Below are positions 24,822-36,567 of a stretch of DNA of 64,000 bases, piece by piece. The stretch spans positions 64,180-128,179 of the forward strand of contig PS015088.1 in the NCBI GenBank assembly GCA_048213135.1, written 5' to 3'. Numbering within the stretch: position 1 is the stretch's first letter; every line of letters starts with the position of its first letter. The translations under genes were made by a program, and so were the position numbers. Source of the stretch: Reclinomonas americana ATCC 50394 (lineage: Eukaryota). Under the pieces are notes generated by a model, which was given only the letters and a program-made list of their open reading frames with translations, was not told the origin of the DNA and made no database searches.

Positions 24822-25279
24822 ACACACACACACAAATGCGCAATTATATGCTGCACTGTTGTGACATCCGGAGAAACACAAGAGTCATGCACATATGACT
24901 CAATAATGTTTCCTCTCTCTCTCTCCTCTCCTCCCCCTTCCCCCTCCCCCTCCCCCTCTCCCTCCCCCTTCTACCTCCCCCTCACCATGCACACTGAACA
25001 CAAATACTCTCCCGCCATCGCCCTCGACTCCTCCGCGACATGCTCCATCCACGGACGCGGCGGCTGCACATCCAACAACGGTCGACGATGCACAGCGCGC
25101 ACCACACAAAACTCAAACTGTTCCTCCTCTCGCTCGCCACTCGCACACAGTCGCATCACTTGCTGCTCGAGAACAACCTCGCCGTGATCATCATCTGCAG
25201 CGGGAGGTGGTGGAGGAGGAGGAGGAGCAGCTGCGCCTGAGCCGCTGCCTCCGCCACCTTCAGCGCCCTCGAAACCCAT
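21713..25279 (-). CDS. Variant RING + TRAF-type zinc fingers + coiled coil + TLDc protein, paralogue B
   Basis: ATG 25279 (MGFEGA). CSVCM|DLCAPEFMLCASELHHLC|REHITDAEVDLCGDG...ENLK|IECPLCHAPM|TVGDYYRTHGPSQC..., with the same intron positions as paralogue A. TLDc LTLLFKGSRDGFSAATFHKRCDNR|...VKSSTGRVCGGYTRISW...GPTFGG...DYEVFLVE, stop 21713. Confidence 0.85.
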
Positions 25280-25370
25280 GTCTCCGTTAGGGAAAACGTG
25301 AGGAGTGATGGTTTCTGACAGGACGGTAAATAGCGACGTTGGTGGGGACCCCGTTGGTGAGTGTGTTGGT

Positions 25371-25860
25371 GAGAACAGGTGGTGCAAGTGCCAGGACTGC
25401 CAGACAAGACTCGCCGTGGTGACAAGAGAGTGTCATAATCATCTTCATGGCGGATGTCGACGTCGACATCGACAGCCTGCAACAACAACATGAATAATCC
25501 AACCAGCAACACAGATGCATGGAGACTGCCATGTTGAGTGGAAGATGAGATGTCAAAGGTGAGAAACAATCGATGGATAACGCCAGCGTTTCGAATTTCG
25601 AATTTTGATTCAAGGCTAAAATGCAAGCGTGGATTGAGCTCGAGTCACAAATCGTGGGGTGGTGGCGAGAACAGGTGGTGCAAGTGCCATGACTGCCAGA
25701 CAAGACTCGCCGTGATGACAAGAGAGTGTCATGATCATCTTCATGGAAGATTATGACGTCGCGGACAGCTTTCATCAACAACAACTCCACGAAGCCAACG
25801 AGCAACACTGCTGCATGAAGATCGCCATGTTGATGGTGACAAGAGAGTGTCATGATCATG
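25371..25860. repeat. Local direct repeats upstream of TLDc paralogue B
   Basis: gagaacaggtggtgcaagtgcca(g/t)gactgccagacaagactcgccgtg(g/a)tgacaagagagtgtcat occurs at 25371 and 25668, with a partial third copy near 25835. Confidence 0.8.
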
Positions 25861-26965
25861 CCGTCGACGTCATGGACAGCGGTAGCCGCAGCTGCACTCA
25901 CGTTCCAGAAGCAAGTCCATTGCCGACAATAACCTTATCGCAGACAATCGTTCTTCTCCAACAGTCATCTTCCCTTTCAGGAGGCAAAGCCAATCAAACG
26001 CGTGTTGGCCTCGAAAGGATTTCGTTGCGCATTGATGTCAGCGGCTTACGTATACGGAGCGCTCGAGACGCTGAACTCGTTGAAGCTGGGTGCTGCAGTA
26101 GCGACGCTAGGGTTCTAATTGCCCTGAGGCTGCGGCGCAGCTGCTGCGGGTGGGGGGCTGTTTGCTTTAGCCTGGTTGCCACCAGCACAGCGGAAAGCTA
26201 ACATTGCGTGTCCGCCTGCAGGATCTCCACGCAGCATCTGTCCACCAGTCGACGCCCATCTTCTTCAACGACGCCCGAGTAGTCTGCGCACACGATCCCA
26301 CTTGAGTGAACTGTGCAGCTGCGCCTCGCGTCACGACCGTNNNNNNNNNNNNNNNNNNNNGCCGGCTTCTTTTTGCAAGGGAGTGGGTGGTGCACAGGTT
26401 CAGGCCGGAGTGCAACTTGACAATGGTGGCGCGGTTTGAGAGAAGTAACAGTTTCCCAATGCTTGCCCCACTGTTCTTCTTGATATGATCAATTTTTCTC
26501 TGTCATCTTCGTAGTTACTGCGATGGACGTCTTCTGGTGGTCACTGCTGACGAAGTCTTCTTCCTGGCCTGGAGGCTGTGTGTCCTGAATAGGGCTTTAT
26601 TCTCAACATCGACAACACACTTAAAACAGTTTTAGTTGTAGAAGGAAAGCACACGAGACTTGTTGGCGATCACTGGTAGATGCTCATTGTTGTGTATGGA
26701 TCAGTGAAGTTTCTATTATTATTTCGACAACAACAACAGCAGCAACAGCAACAGCAAGAACACAATTACTCTTCTCCAAAAAACAACCACTCGAGTGCCT
26801 GCGGACGTCCGTTCCCACCCAGACTCGTTGCTCCTGCTTTTGCACAGCGAGGTGAAATGCAAACAGTAACACTTTATAATTACCACATGCGACATTCCTC
26901 ATCTATCCACTTTCCACAGGACGACGAAGCAACACCTCCAGCTAACAACAAGCTCCACATCACGC

Positions 26966-29900
26966 TCACTCATCCTTGGGCCGGTAGAACTGCAAACAAA
27001 CGCATGAGCTTCTCTCCTCCCACACCGCTCCCCCTTCTTCTCACCCTGGCGCTGACTCACCAACAAGCCCAGATAGGTCAAGCCACGGAACGTCACAAAG
27101 ATGCCGAGAATAATGGCCACGGCGATACCCGGTGAAAACGTGCCAATGTTGATGCGGAAGAGGATCTCCTCGCCGGTGAGGGCCGGGCACGCGCCCTTCA
27201 CCAGCTCCTTCTCCAAACAGAACCTGCGCGGCAGATGAGTGCATGCAGAATCCAAAGGAGATTGCACACAGAAACGTACCAGCCAGTCGAGTCCTTGAAG
27301 GTGACATACTCGAGTAGCTGGAAGCCCCACCGCAAGTACGACACATCTTGGATCCAGCGGAGGAACACCGGCACGAGGTCGGTGGTCACGAAGAAGCCTG
27401 CAGGGGGAGAGGAGGAGAAGGATGAGAAGAAGGGGAAGAAAAGAGAAAGCGGAGAGAGAGGAGGAGAGGGGGGGACGAGAATAAGGGGACAGAGAGAGAG
27501 GTGGAGGAGAGGGAGAAGGAGAGAGAAGAGAGAAGAGACGCGAGTGAGAAGAGAAGTGAAAACAAGAGAGAGAGAGACAGAGAGTGCGAAAGTGAGAGAC
27601 GGAGAGAGAGACTGAAAGAGACAGAGAGACAGAGAGAGAGAGGCTGCGAGAGACTGAGAGAGACTGTCAGACATAGAGAGACAGAGAGAACGAAGCAAGA
27701 CAGGAGGCGAGAGCACGAGTGACAGAGATAGAGACTAACAGGGAAATGAGGCAGAATAACCGAGAGAGACGCGGGAATCGAGGCAGACCAAGGAGAGTGA
27801 AAAAATAAAAGGAAACAGAAGGGAGGAGAGAGAAGAACGGAGAGACGAGAGCAGAGAAGAGAGAAGAGAGGATAGGCAAACACAAAAAAGAGACGACGAG
27901 TGAGAGGAGAAGTGAAAACAAGTGTGAGGGAGAGAGAGAGAACGAAAAAAGGATGAAGCGAGAACAAAAGAGAGCAAGAGACCGCAATGGAGAGAATGAC
28001 GCAAGACAACAGACGAGAGCACGAGTGACAGAGAGTATGGATGAGAGAGAAACTGAGGAAGCGGGAGAATAGCGAGAGAGGCGAGGGAAGCGAGGCAGAC
28101 CAAGGAAAGAGAATAGGGACGAAGGAAGGCAGACGAACTTGAGAAAGGGAGACGATGAGTGCGGGCATGGAAATCAAAGCAAGTGGGACAGAGACAGACA
28201 AAGAGAGTGAGAGAGACAGCAAGCGAGAACAAAAGAGAGCAAGAGAGCGAATTGTAGAGAATGAAGCAAGACAACAGGCGAGAGCACGAGTGACACAGAG
28301 TAAGGGTGAGAGAGAAACTGAGGAAGCGGGAGGAAAACAGAGGATGGCAGTATTGAGGGACACCAAGACAGAAAGGGAAGAGAACATGTAAGAGGTAACA
28401 CGAGAAAGGTGGTGATCATGAGAAGACGAAATGAATTGACAAAAAAGTAAAAGAACTGAGAGAGGGTAACAGCATGAGAAACATGGACAGAGGTTGAAGA
28501 CCGAAGATAAGAACACACGAGACTGACACGAGATCGAGAGGGACAGAAAATGAGAGAGAGGAGAGAGAATGAACAACTGGGAGAACAAGAGAAGAATGAA
28601 CGACAATGCTCTCTGTCTCCCTCTTTCCTCCTTTCCCCTTCTCACGCACCAGATGTGAGCATCAGAATAATGAGGACAATGCCTCCAAAGATGGCCGCCA
28701 CTGTTCCGTTGGGAGTGGTGGCGGCGAGGCAGAGAGCGACCGATGTCGAGCACAGCATGAGGATGATCAGCGTGCCGAGATACTGCAGGAACACCACGAA
28801 TGACGGGTTGATGTCGACCATCCTGTGGGGCGTGAGAAAAAAGTGAGCACAAGGTGCGAAGCAACATCCCCAATTTCTGCATGCTTTGCTAGCCCTCACT
28901 TCACCCTTCCCCGCACACGCACCAGTACGAAATCGTCACGTAGATCAACGTGGGAATCATCGACATCGGGATCTCGACCAGTGACTTGCCGAGGAAGTAC
29001 GGAAACACGCCGTACCTAGCGCAGGCATAGTGATGAGTTCGGCACTGAGGACAAGGGGTTAGTGCGATCAACTCACCAGCCACCTGCGATCAAAACATAA
29101 AAAACGATTGAGAATGCAGGACGAAAAAGCATTGTCAGCAACACGGCACTCGCCATCACGTTCGTGGTACACAATGCGTCGCTCCAAGAAGTCTGTGAGT
29201 GAAACAGAAATGTAAATAGTGAGCGACACTCTCAGGTCGTGGCAGCAGCACACCGGCAACGCAACAGGTGTGCAGCAACTGCATGAAAGGTCCTGCGCAG
29301 ACAGGATCATCAGTACATGTCACGAGGTCACAGCACGCCAAAACAACAGACTCTCAATCCGAGGACACGCGTCATGAAGAAGAGGAGGAAGAAGAAAAGC
29401 ACAACAGGCGGAAGACGTGCAAGCTGACATGTAACACAGCAACATATCAACCCCCTTCCTCTTCCTGTCACATCCGCCACCAGATGTACACAGAAGAAGA
29501 GCACAGCAACACAGAGTGAAGATGAGCAGTAATCATCAACCGCCCTTCCTCTTCCTTCTCACATCCGCCACCACATGTAGACGAAGATGAGCACAGCAAC
29601 ACAAAATAAAGGGAGAAGAATACAACGACCCCCCTTCCTCTACCTCCACCACCAGATGTAGATGAAGATGAGCACAGCAACACAGAGTGAAGATGAACAG
29701 TAATAATCAACCGCCCTTCCTCCTCCTTCTCACATCCACCACCACATGTAGACGAAGATGAGCACAGCAACACAGAATAAAGGGAGAAGAATACAACGAC
29801 CCCCCTTCCTCTTCCTTCTCACATCCACCACCAGATGTTACAGCACAGCAACACAGAGTAAAGGGAGAGGAAAACAACAACCGCCCTTCCTCTTCCTTCT

Positions 29901-30715
29901 CACATCCACCACCAGATGCAGACAGAAGAAGAGCAATACAGAGTAAGGGGAGAAGAAAACAACAACCTCTATCACCAAAGACACGAACACCCAGCGCCAT
30001 AACAAACGACAAAGCACCGTGCACTCCTTCTCCTTCCCCGCTTACCGCACTCACCAATCGCACTTTGCATCTGTTTCAAATCGACAGCAACGCAATCAGT
30101 TCACCATCGCTCACCGTCGGCAATAACTTCCACCGCCCCAACAAACCAGCATGAAGAAAACTGCGCCCTGCCGACTGGCGATGCCCGCCTGACTCCGATC
30201 GATGCGCAGGAAAATGAGACCGACCAGGAGACCCATGATGGTGCTCTGTGTGCACCGTGCAGCGTGCGTCAACGACTCGCCTCTCTCAAACAGCAAATGC
30301 GAAATCCAACACCAACCTGCATGATGTTGGCGACAATGCCCTTCTTGTCGCGGAAGACGTTGAGGAACTGACGACGCATCAACACCACTGTAACCACGGC
30401 GTGAGACACATTGAGAGAGAGGAAGGAAGAGACAGACAGATAGACGGACAGACACCGAGAGACAGCGAGACCGAGAGACAGACAGACCGAGAGACAGCGA
30501 GACTGAGAGACAGACAGACAGAGAGACAGACGGACAGACAGACAGAGGGAGAGAGACAGCGAGAACGAGAGACAGCGACACCGAGAGACAGCGACACCGA
30601 GAGACAGAGGGAGAGAGAGAGAGAGAGGAAGAGAGAGACAGCGAGATTGAGAGACTGGGAGACCGAAAGACAGCGAGACCGAGAGACAGCGACATCAAGT
30701 GACAGCGACACAGAC

Positions 30716-30776
<61 letters not shown>

Positions 30777-33700
30777 GCTGGGTACGACGACGCAACTGCT
30801 CTGGTGCCATCGCCCCGTGGCAAATCGAGACGGGCCACTGATACCCGCGCCACAGCATCGTCTCTTCTCCTCCGCCGCTGGAATATTGTCCAGCGTGCCC
30901 TCCTCGACGACCTCCGGAGCCAGCGGCAACTCTGCACAGAGGTGTCAACAAGGTGATACTCGCCAGAGAATGCTGAGCGGCACGCACCGTACTCCTGCCG
31001 CGTCTCCAGCATCAGCCGTCCACCGACGTCTTCGTACTTGTCAATGGCCTTGGCCCACGTGATGCTGCCGGCCTCCACACCGAGATCGACGGTGGCGTGC
31101 AGGTGCAGCGAGCAAATGTCGAGGAAGAATTCGCAAGGGTTGGTGAAGCGAGGGCACTGTGGGGAAGGGAAAGAGAAAGGGAAGGAGAGGAGAGAGCATG
31201 GAGAGGGTGAGAAACCGAAGAAGAACGCAGAATGAGAAGGGATACTGAAAGGAGAGGAGAGCATGGAGAGGGTGAGAGACCGAAGAAGAACGCAGAATGA
31301 GAAGGGATACTGAAAGGAGAGGAGAGCACGGAGAGGGTGAGAGACCAACGAAGAACGCAGAATGAGAAGGGATACTGAAAGGAGAGGAGAGCATGGAGAG
31401 GGTGAGAGACCAAAGAAGAACGCAGAATGAGAGGGTGATACAGGGGCAAGATGTCAACAGTAATCATGCAGAAGAGGAGCAGCGAATGAAACACGTAGCG
31501 CACGACAACAGAGGGAACAAAACAGAATTAGAACAACAGGAGATGGCACACAAGCGGAGCACAGTGATTTTCGACGAACACCTGATTGGCCCTTACTGCG
31601 ATCAACAAGCAAACCCACGCAACTCGCAGTCCCAAGTGCGTCCCAAAGTACTCGACCGCCTTTTGCGCAGATCCAAAGTACACTGTCACGCCCACACGTA
31701 AGCAGAATACACTAGCAAACACGACCTACGAGGAGGGATGAACACACCAACGCGACCCTCCGACATCAGAAGCATAAGGTCAAAGATCTCGAACAACTGT
31801 GGTGATGTGAAGTGAGCGAGATGTACAAGCACAGAGCAACAAAGCAACACCGACCCGAGAGGACGGTTGATCTGCACGCTCAAGTGTCAGCTTGGAGTGC
31901 AAGCACGCAGAGATGCCGCCAATCAACGCAACGAATGGTGGTGACAATGGCCCTTCCGCTATCGCGCTTGAGCTCGTCCAGCTTTTCAAACAGCGTCAGC
32001 GCCATGTGGCTGTCGAGGCCACTCGTTGGCTCCTACATTCATTCACGCATGAGGGTCACATAAACCCCTGAAGGCAACTCAATGCTCAACGCAACATCGA
32101 GAAATATGATCTTCGGGTCGGTGATCATTTCCACCGCACACGACAGTCGCTTCTTCTCGCCGCCCGAGATGCCGCGCACCAGCTCGCCGCCGACAAAAGA
32201 GTTGCGACACTTTTCCAGGCCGAGGTCACTGATCAGACGATTCACCTTGTGTTGCCGAACAGGGTGTGTGAGACAGGCGCACACACACAAGGGCAGTGCG
32301 GGCGGTTGCGAACCTTCTCGCTACGCTGCTCCTTAGTGAACGAGGATGGCAAACGGAGGCTCGCCGACTGTGTTGCGGTGTGAGTAAAGAGAATAAACCA
32401 CCAGCCACAATAGTCATCAGCACGCAACAATTTCCAGCACTTCTTGCACCTACAACAAGGAAGGGGCTAGTCAGAAAAACAATGGCAATGGAAAGGAACA
32501 AAGGGCACGCAACTGTCAGCGAGGCAAAATGCGAGTCGTGCTGGCGCACGTAGCCGAGAATGCGCTTGGTGTTCTTGTTGGCAATGCGGCGATTGACGAG
32601 GATGCGGCCGGTGATGCCGCCGGCGACGCGCTGGGCCAGGACGTTGAGGAGGCTGGTTTTGCCGCTGCCTGTGGGAGGGGGAAGGGGTAAGAGAAAGTGA
32701 AGGGGGGAAAGGGGAAAGGGAATGGGAAAGGGGGGAGGAAAGGGGGAGGGAAGGGGGGAAGCGAAGGGGAAAGGGGAGAAGCGAAGGGGTAAAGCAAAGG
32801 GGGAAGCAAAGGGGGGAGCAAAGGGAAGCAAAGGGGGAAGCAAAGGGGGAGTGGAGTGGGCGGAACGAAACGGGGAAGCAAAGGGGGAAGCGAAGGGGAG
32901 CAGCAAGGGGCAGAAGCAATTGGCAGAAGCAAAAGGCAGAAGCGAAGGGGGGAAGCGAAGGGGGGAAGCGAAGGGGGGAAGCGAAGGGGAGCAGCAAAGG
33001 GCAGAAGCGAAGGGGGAAGCGATGGGGGGAAGCGAAGGGGGAAGCGATGGGGGAAGCGAAGGGGGAAGCAAAAGGGAGAAGACTGAAGGGGGAAGAGCAT
33101 GGGGGAAGAGCAAAGGGGGAAGCAAAAGGGGGCGCAAAGAGTTGCATCCACAACGCACCACTGGGCCCCATGATCGCCTGCGATAGTGCACTCCAAGTGA
33201 GCAATGGAGGCGAACTACAACGCTGCTGCCAAGCAAGGAAAACGCACCAGCATCTGGCCTGGATAACAAAAGCCAGACACGTGCTGAAGAATGTCCTTCT
33301 GGATCATCTTGGGTTGGCCGACTTCCTTGGCTTTCGGGTTGCGAATGGAGACCTTGCAGGTGGAAGAGGGAGAGAGTGAATAAATGAGAAGAGAACTCTT
33401 GGATGCATCTCTATTACTCTGCCCCCTCACAGTCGGCAATCTGCTTGTTCACATTCCTGGGGCGCAGTTTGCATCATTCTGATTCTCTCTCAGCATCATA
33501 GCCCTCTCTCTCACTCACATGCCCTGGTCACAGATACGATTCTCTTCTCTCAGCCTGCAGAGAGCTCCCTGATTTCGTCTCCGTGCACCGCTTGCCACAG
33601 ATCGGATTCTCTCAGTCACAGCTTGCAGACTCCCCTTCGTCTCATTCCATGTTCGTGCATTCGATCTATATATGGCAGTGAAGGTCTATGACAGAGAGAG

Positions 33701-34385
33701 ACAAGGAGAGCTCTATGTCTGAGAGGGAGAGATGGCAAGCTGTGCGCTAACGTGAACTGCGACAAAGAGGAGCTCTATCTGAGATGAGAGAAATCGATCT
33801 GCAGCAAGCGATGCACAGAGAAGCAGCGCTCTGAGGCTGCGACCGAGAGAATCCGATCGGTGGCAGTGCAGGGCTACTGCTTGAGAGTGTGAGAGCTCTG
33901 AGGCTGAGTTTGAGAGAGCTCCTTGTCGCAGCCTGCATAGCGCTTACCTCTGTCTCTCTCCCCCATAGATAGGATACTCTCTGTCTCAGCCTGTACAGAG
34001 CTCCTCTTTATCTCTCTCTCCCTGCCACAGATCGGGTTCTCTCTGTCTCAGCCTGCACTGAGCTCCTCTTTGTCTCTCTCCCTGCCACAGATCTGATTCT
34101 CTCCAACTCAGCCTGCAGAACCAACACAATCCATCCTCTCCCATTCATCCAATATCGCGCCAATCCAGCAGCTCAAAAACCGACTTGTCTGCCCAATACT
34201 CTCTCTCGCCAGCACAATCACTCACCGAGTACGACACATCATCAAACTCCAACGGTACACCGCACACTCCGCCCGACATGGCCCGCTGCATCGCCAGAGT
34301 CGATTGCGCACGACGCACACTGGCCGCCCGTTGCAGCGCCAATTCATACTCGTCGACTGTGAGAGAATGAGAGAGAGATGAGAGA

Positions 34386-34429
<44 letters not shown>

Positions 34430-34694
34430 GAGGAGGAGAGAGAGGAGGAGGAGGAAGGGAAGGGAAGGGAAGGAGAGAGACGACGACGACGACGACGANN
34501 NNNNNNNNNNNNNNNNNNNNNNNNNNNNNNNNNNNNNNNNNNNNNNNNNNNNNNNNNNNNNNNNNNNNNNNNNNNNNNNNNNNNNNNNNNNNNNNNNNNN
34601 NNNNNNNNNNNNNNNNNNNNNNNNNNNNNNNGCTGCCTTGCGCTGCCACGTCCACTGCGACGTCGACGTCGGTGTGATCGTGGTGTTGAAGCAT
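26966..34694 (-). CDS. ABCG (White-like) half transporter, NBD followed by TMD, many exons
   Basis: LEFDDVSYS|...ILQHVSGFCYPGQML|AIMGPSG|SGKTSLLNVLAQR (Walker A), GYVRQHD, VRGISGGEKKRLSCAVEM...IIFLD|EPTSGLDS, HQPSS, TVYFG, TNPCEFFLD, ERRIVYHER, PYFLGKSLVEIP, GFFVTTDLVPVFLRWIQDVSYLRWGF, last exon FYRPKDE stop 26966. The start at 34694 is tentative because it lies beside an N gap. Confidence 0.92.
29440..29965. repeat. Intronic minisatellite, ~90-bp units, in the ABCG gene
   Basis: ccttcctcttccttctcacatcc(a/g)ccacc...gatgagcacagcaacacaga recurs about six times. Confidence 0.85.
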
Positions 34695-35223
34695 GCTTCT
34701 TCTCTCTCCTCTCTCCTCTCACGACAACAATCTATCAATAACTCACTGTCGCCGACGGAACCGGATCTCCGCGGGCCTCGCTTGCCTTTTTGGGCGAGCT
34801 GTGTGGGAAATGTGAGCGTGCGGAGAGTGGCGGGGTTGGGAGAGTGTTGCGGAGTGCGGCGTTGAGGGGTTCCGGCGTGCGCAAGGTCAAGCGGGGCCTC
34901 CGTGTGAGCTCGGGAAGTGGAGTTCGAACACCGGCACCGGTATGTGCAATCCGTCAGTTCGATCTTTGCGGTCGGGCTCTCCGGTACGCAGCGGCGTGTG
35001 GTCGATGTACGTGGAGTAGTAGTTCACCCGACTGGTGTTGTCCAGCCTGAAAGCGAGGTCCGAGCGCCGCGGGTTCGTGATCTGCGATCGTGATCCAATG
35101 CATTTGCGATTGGTCAATTAAACGGTGCAGGTCGACGCAGCAAAGCAGCAACAATTCATTCACCTACAAACAAGCAACAGCTGTCTTGATGACCAAGTCC
35201 AGCCATATCTAGAACATCAGCTC

Positions 35224-35742
35224 AGACACCAATCTTGAGGCAGCAGCAGGTTTCTTGTGTGTTCGAATTCGCTCTCGAAGCTTCGAACAAGTCGAGAACT
35301 GCGATCTTCACCGCGCGCATAAGCGTGGTTGACCAGTGGATATGACGCACTTGCATAGACGCCATAGCGTTTTCTGCGATCGTACACATTCGGGAAAAGG
35401 CCATAAGCCAGGCAAACAAAGCAAAGCCGGGTCCGGATCCGTGAAGCAACAACAAATTCATTCACCAACNNNNNNNNNNNNNNNNNNNNNNNNNNNNNNN
35501 NNNNNNNNNNNNNNNNNNNNNNNNNNNNNNNNNNNNNNNNNNNNNNNNNNNNNNNNNNNNNNNNNTGAGCTCGGAGCTCCGAACAAGTCGAGAATTGCGA
35601 TTTTCAAGGAATTGGTAGAACAGTGGATTTGACGCACTTGCATAGACGCATAGCGATTTCTGCGATCGTACACGGCACATCGAATTCGGGAAAAGGCCAT
35701 AAGCCAGGCAAACAAAGCAAAGCCGGGTCCGGATCCCTGAAG
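35224..35742 (-). repeat. Dispersed repeat, copies 2 and 3 (inverted relative to 17221-17458), separated by an N gap
   Basis: The reverse complement matches 17221-17458 with small indels. Confidence 0.85.
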
Positions 35743-35868
35743 CAGGCAAAGCACAAGTGGTGGTGTCGTTGGTGGCGTGGTTGAACGAAAGAGAGCATGT
35801 CGAATTGTGGGGAGGCTCATATCGGTGGTGGCTTGAGCAGGCGGAACGGGATACGTGTTGTCACAGCG

Positions 35869-36468
35869 TCAGGGAAACGACTCGAATTCGAGTGCTGCCG
35901 ACAGGAAATTGCCATCTATGGCGTCGTGACACCCAGCTTTGTCGTGATGGTACACCTCCGCAACTGTTACATGGCCAGTGCGATAAGCAGCAATGAATTC
36001 AAAGGCACCACACATCTGCAGAGCGTAACTTCCAGACCCCCTCCAACTCTCCATCGTCAGCAATCGATCCAGATTCTGCTTGAGCTGGAGAAGGAATTCC
36101 AGTCGACGCTCTCCGTGCGGCCGTTGCGCACCTGGTGACAGAAGTGACATGTTGTGCGCAAAGACGTCTATCGATGTCAGCCAGCTGTTCAGAAGACTGG
36201 ACACATCCAGCTGGCACGTGCACGCAGCGCACGATAAGAGTGAAGGACAAGAAAGATCGATTTGTGGAACTCGTCTCACCTTCCCCGAGGTCATATGCGC
36301 TTCCAGAACGACCACACGACAGACTTCATCGTTCACGTGGTCGGGAACCGTCGTCATGTCCTCACAGAGGGCGCACTCTTTGCAGGGCTCCACAACATCA
36401 TGCTCGCCGAGCGGCCGTGCTGCACCCGACGAGCCGCCAGCAGAGCTCGCCGTGGGAAAGGTCGCCAT
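35869..36468 (-). CDS. Hypothetical protein of ~175-200 aa, head-to-head with the SDR gene
   Basis: Non-repetitive open frame from ATG 36468 (MATFPTASS...PCKECALCED...). There is a plausible in-frame GT-AG intron at ~36211-36279 and a stop at 35869. No family recognised. Confidence 0.5.
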   Translation of the reverse strand: MATFPTASSAGGSSGAARPLGEHDVVEPCKECALCEDMTTVPDHVNDEVCRVVVLEAHMTSGKVRRVPQIDLSCPSLLSCAACTCQLDVSSLLNSWLTSIDVFAHNMSLLSPGAQRPHGERRLEFLLQLKQNLDRLLTMESWRGSGSYALQMCGAFEFIAAYRTGHVTVAEVYHHDKAGCHDAIDGNFLSAALEFESFP

Positions 36469-36567
36469 GAACAAGTGTGTGCGTGTGCGTGTGCGGAGAG
36501 GGCTCGACGTCGTAGACCCTTTCTAATTCTTCCGATTGTCCTTGTCCTCTCCTCTTCGTTGCCATCG

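Noticed and set aside
29440-29965. Regularly spaced repeats resembling a CRISPR array (also 31190-31440 and 59510-60175)
   Set aside because: The units repeat along their whole length with no unique spacers, lie in eukaryotic introns and have no cas genes nearby.
34860-35160. GC-rich stretch with a B-box-like gagttcgaacac
   Set aside because: No matching A box or cloverleaf found; it may simply be ABCG upstream sequence.
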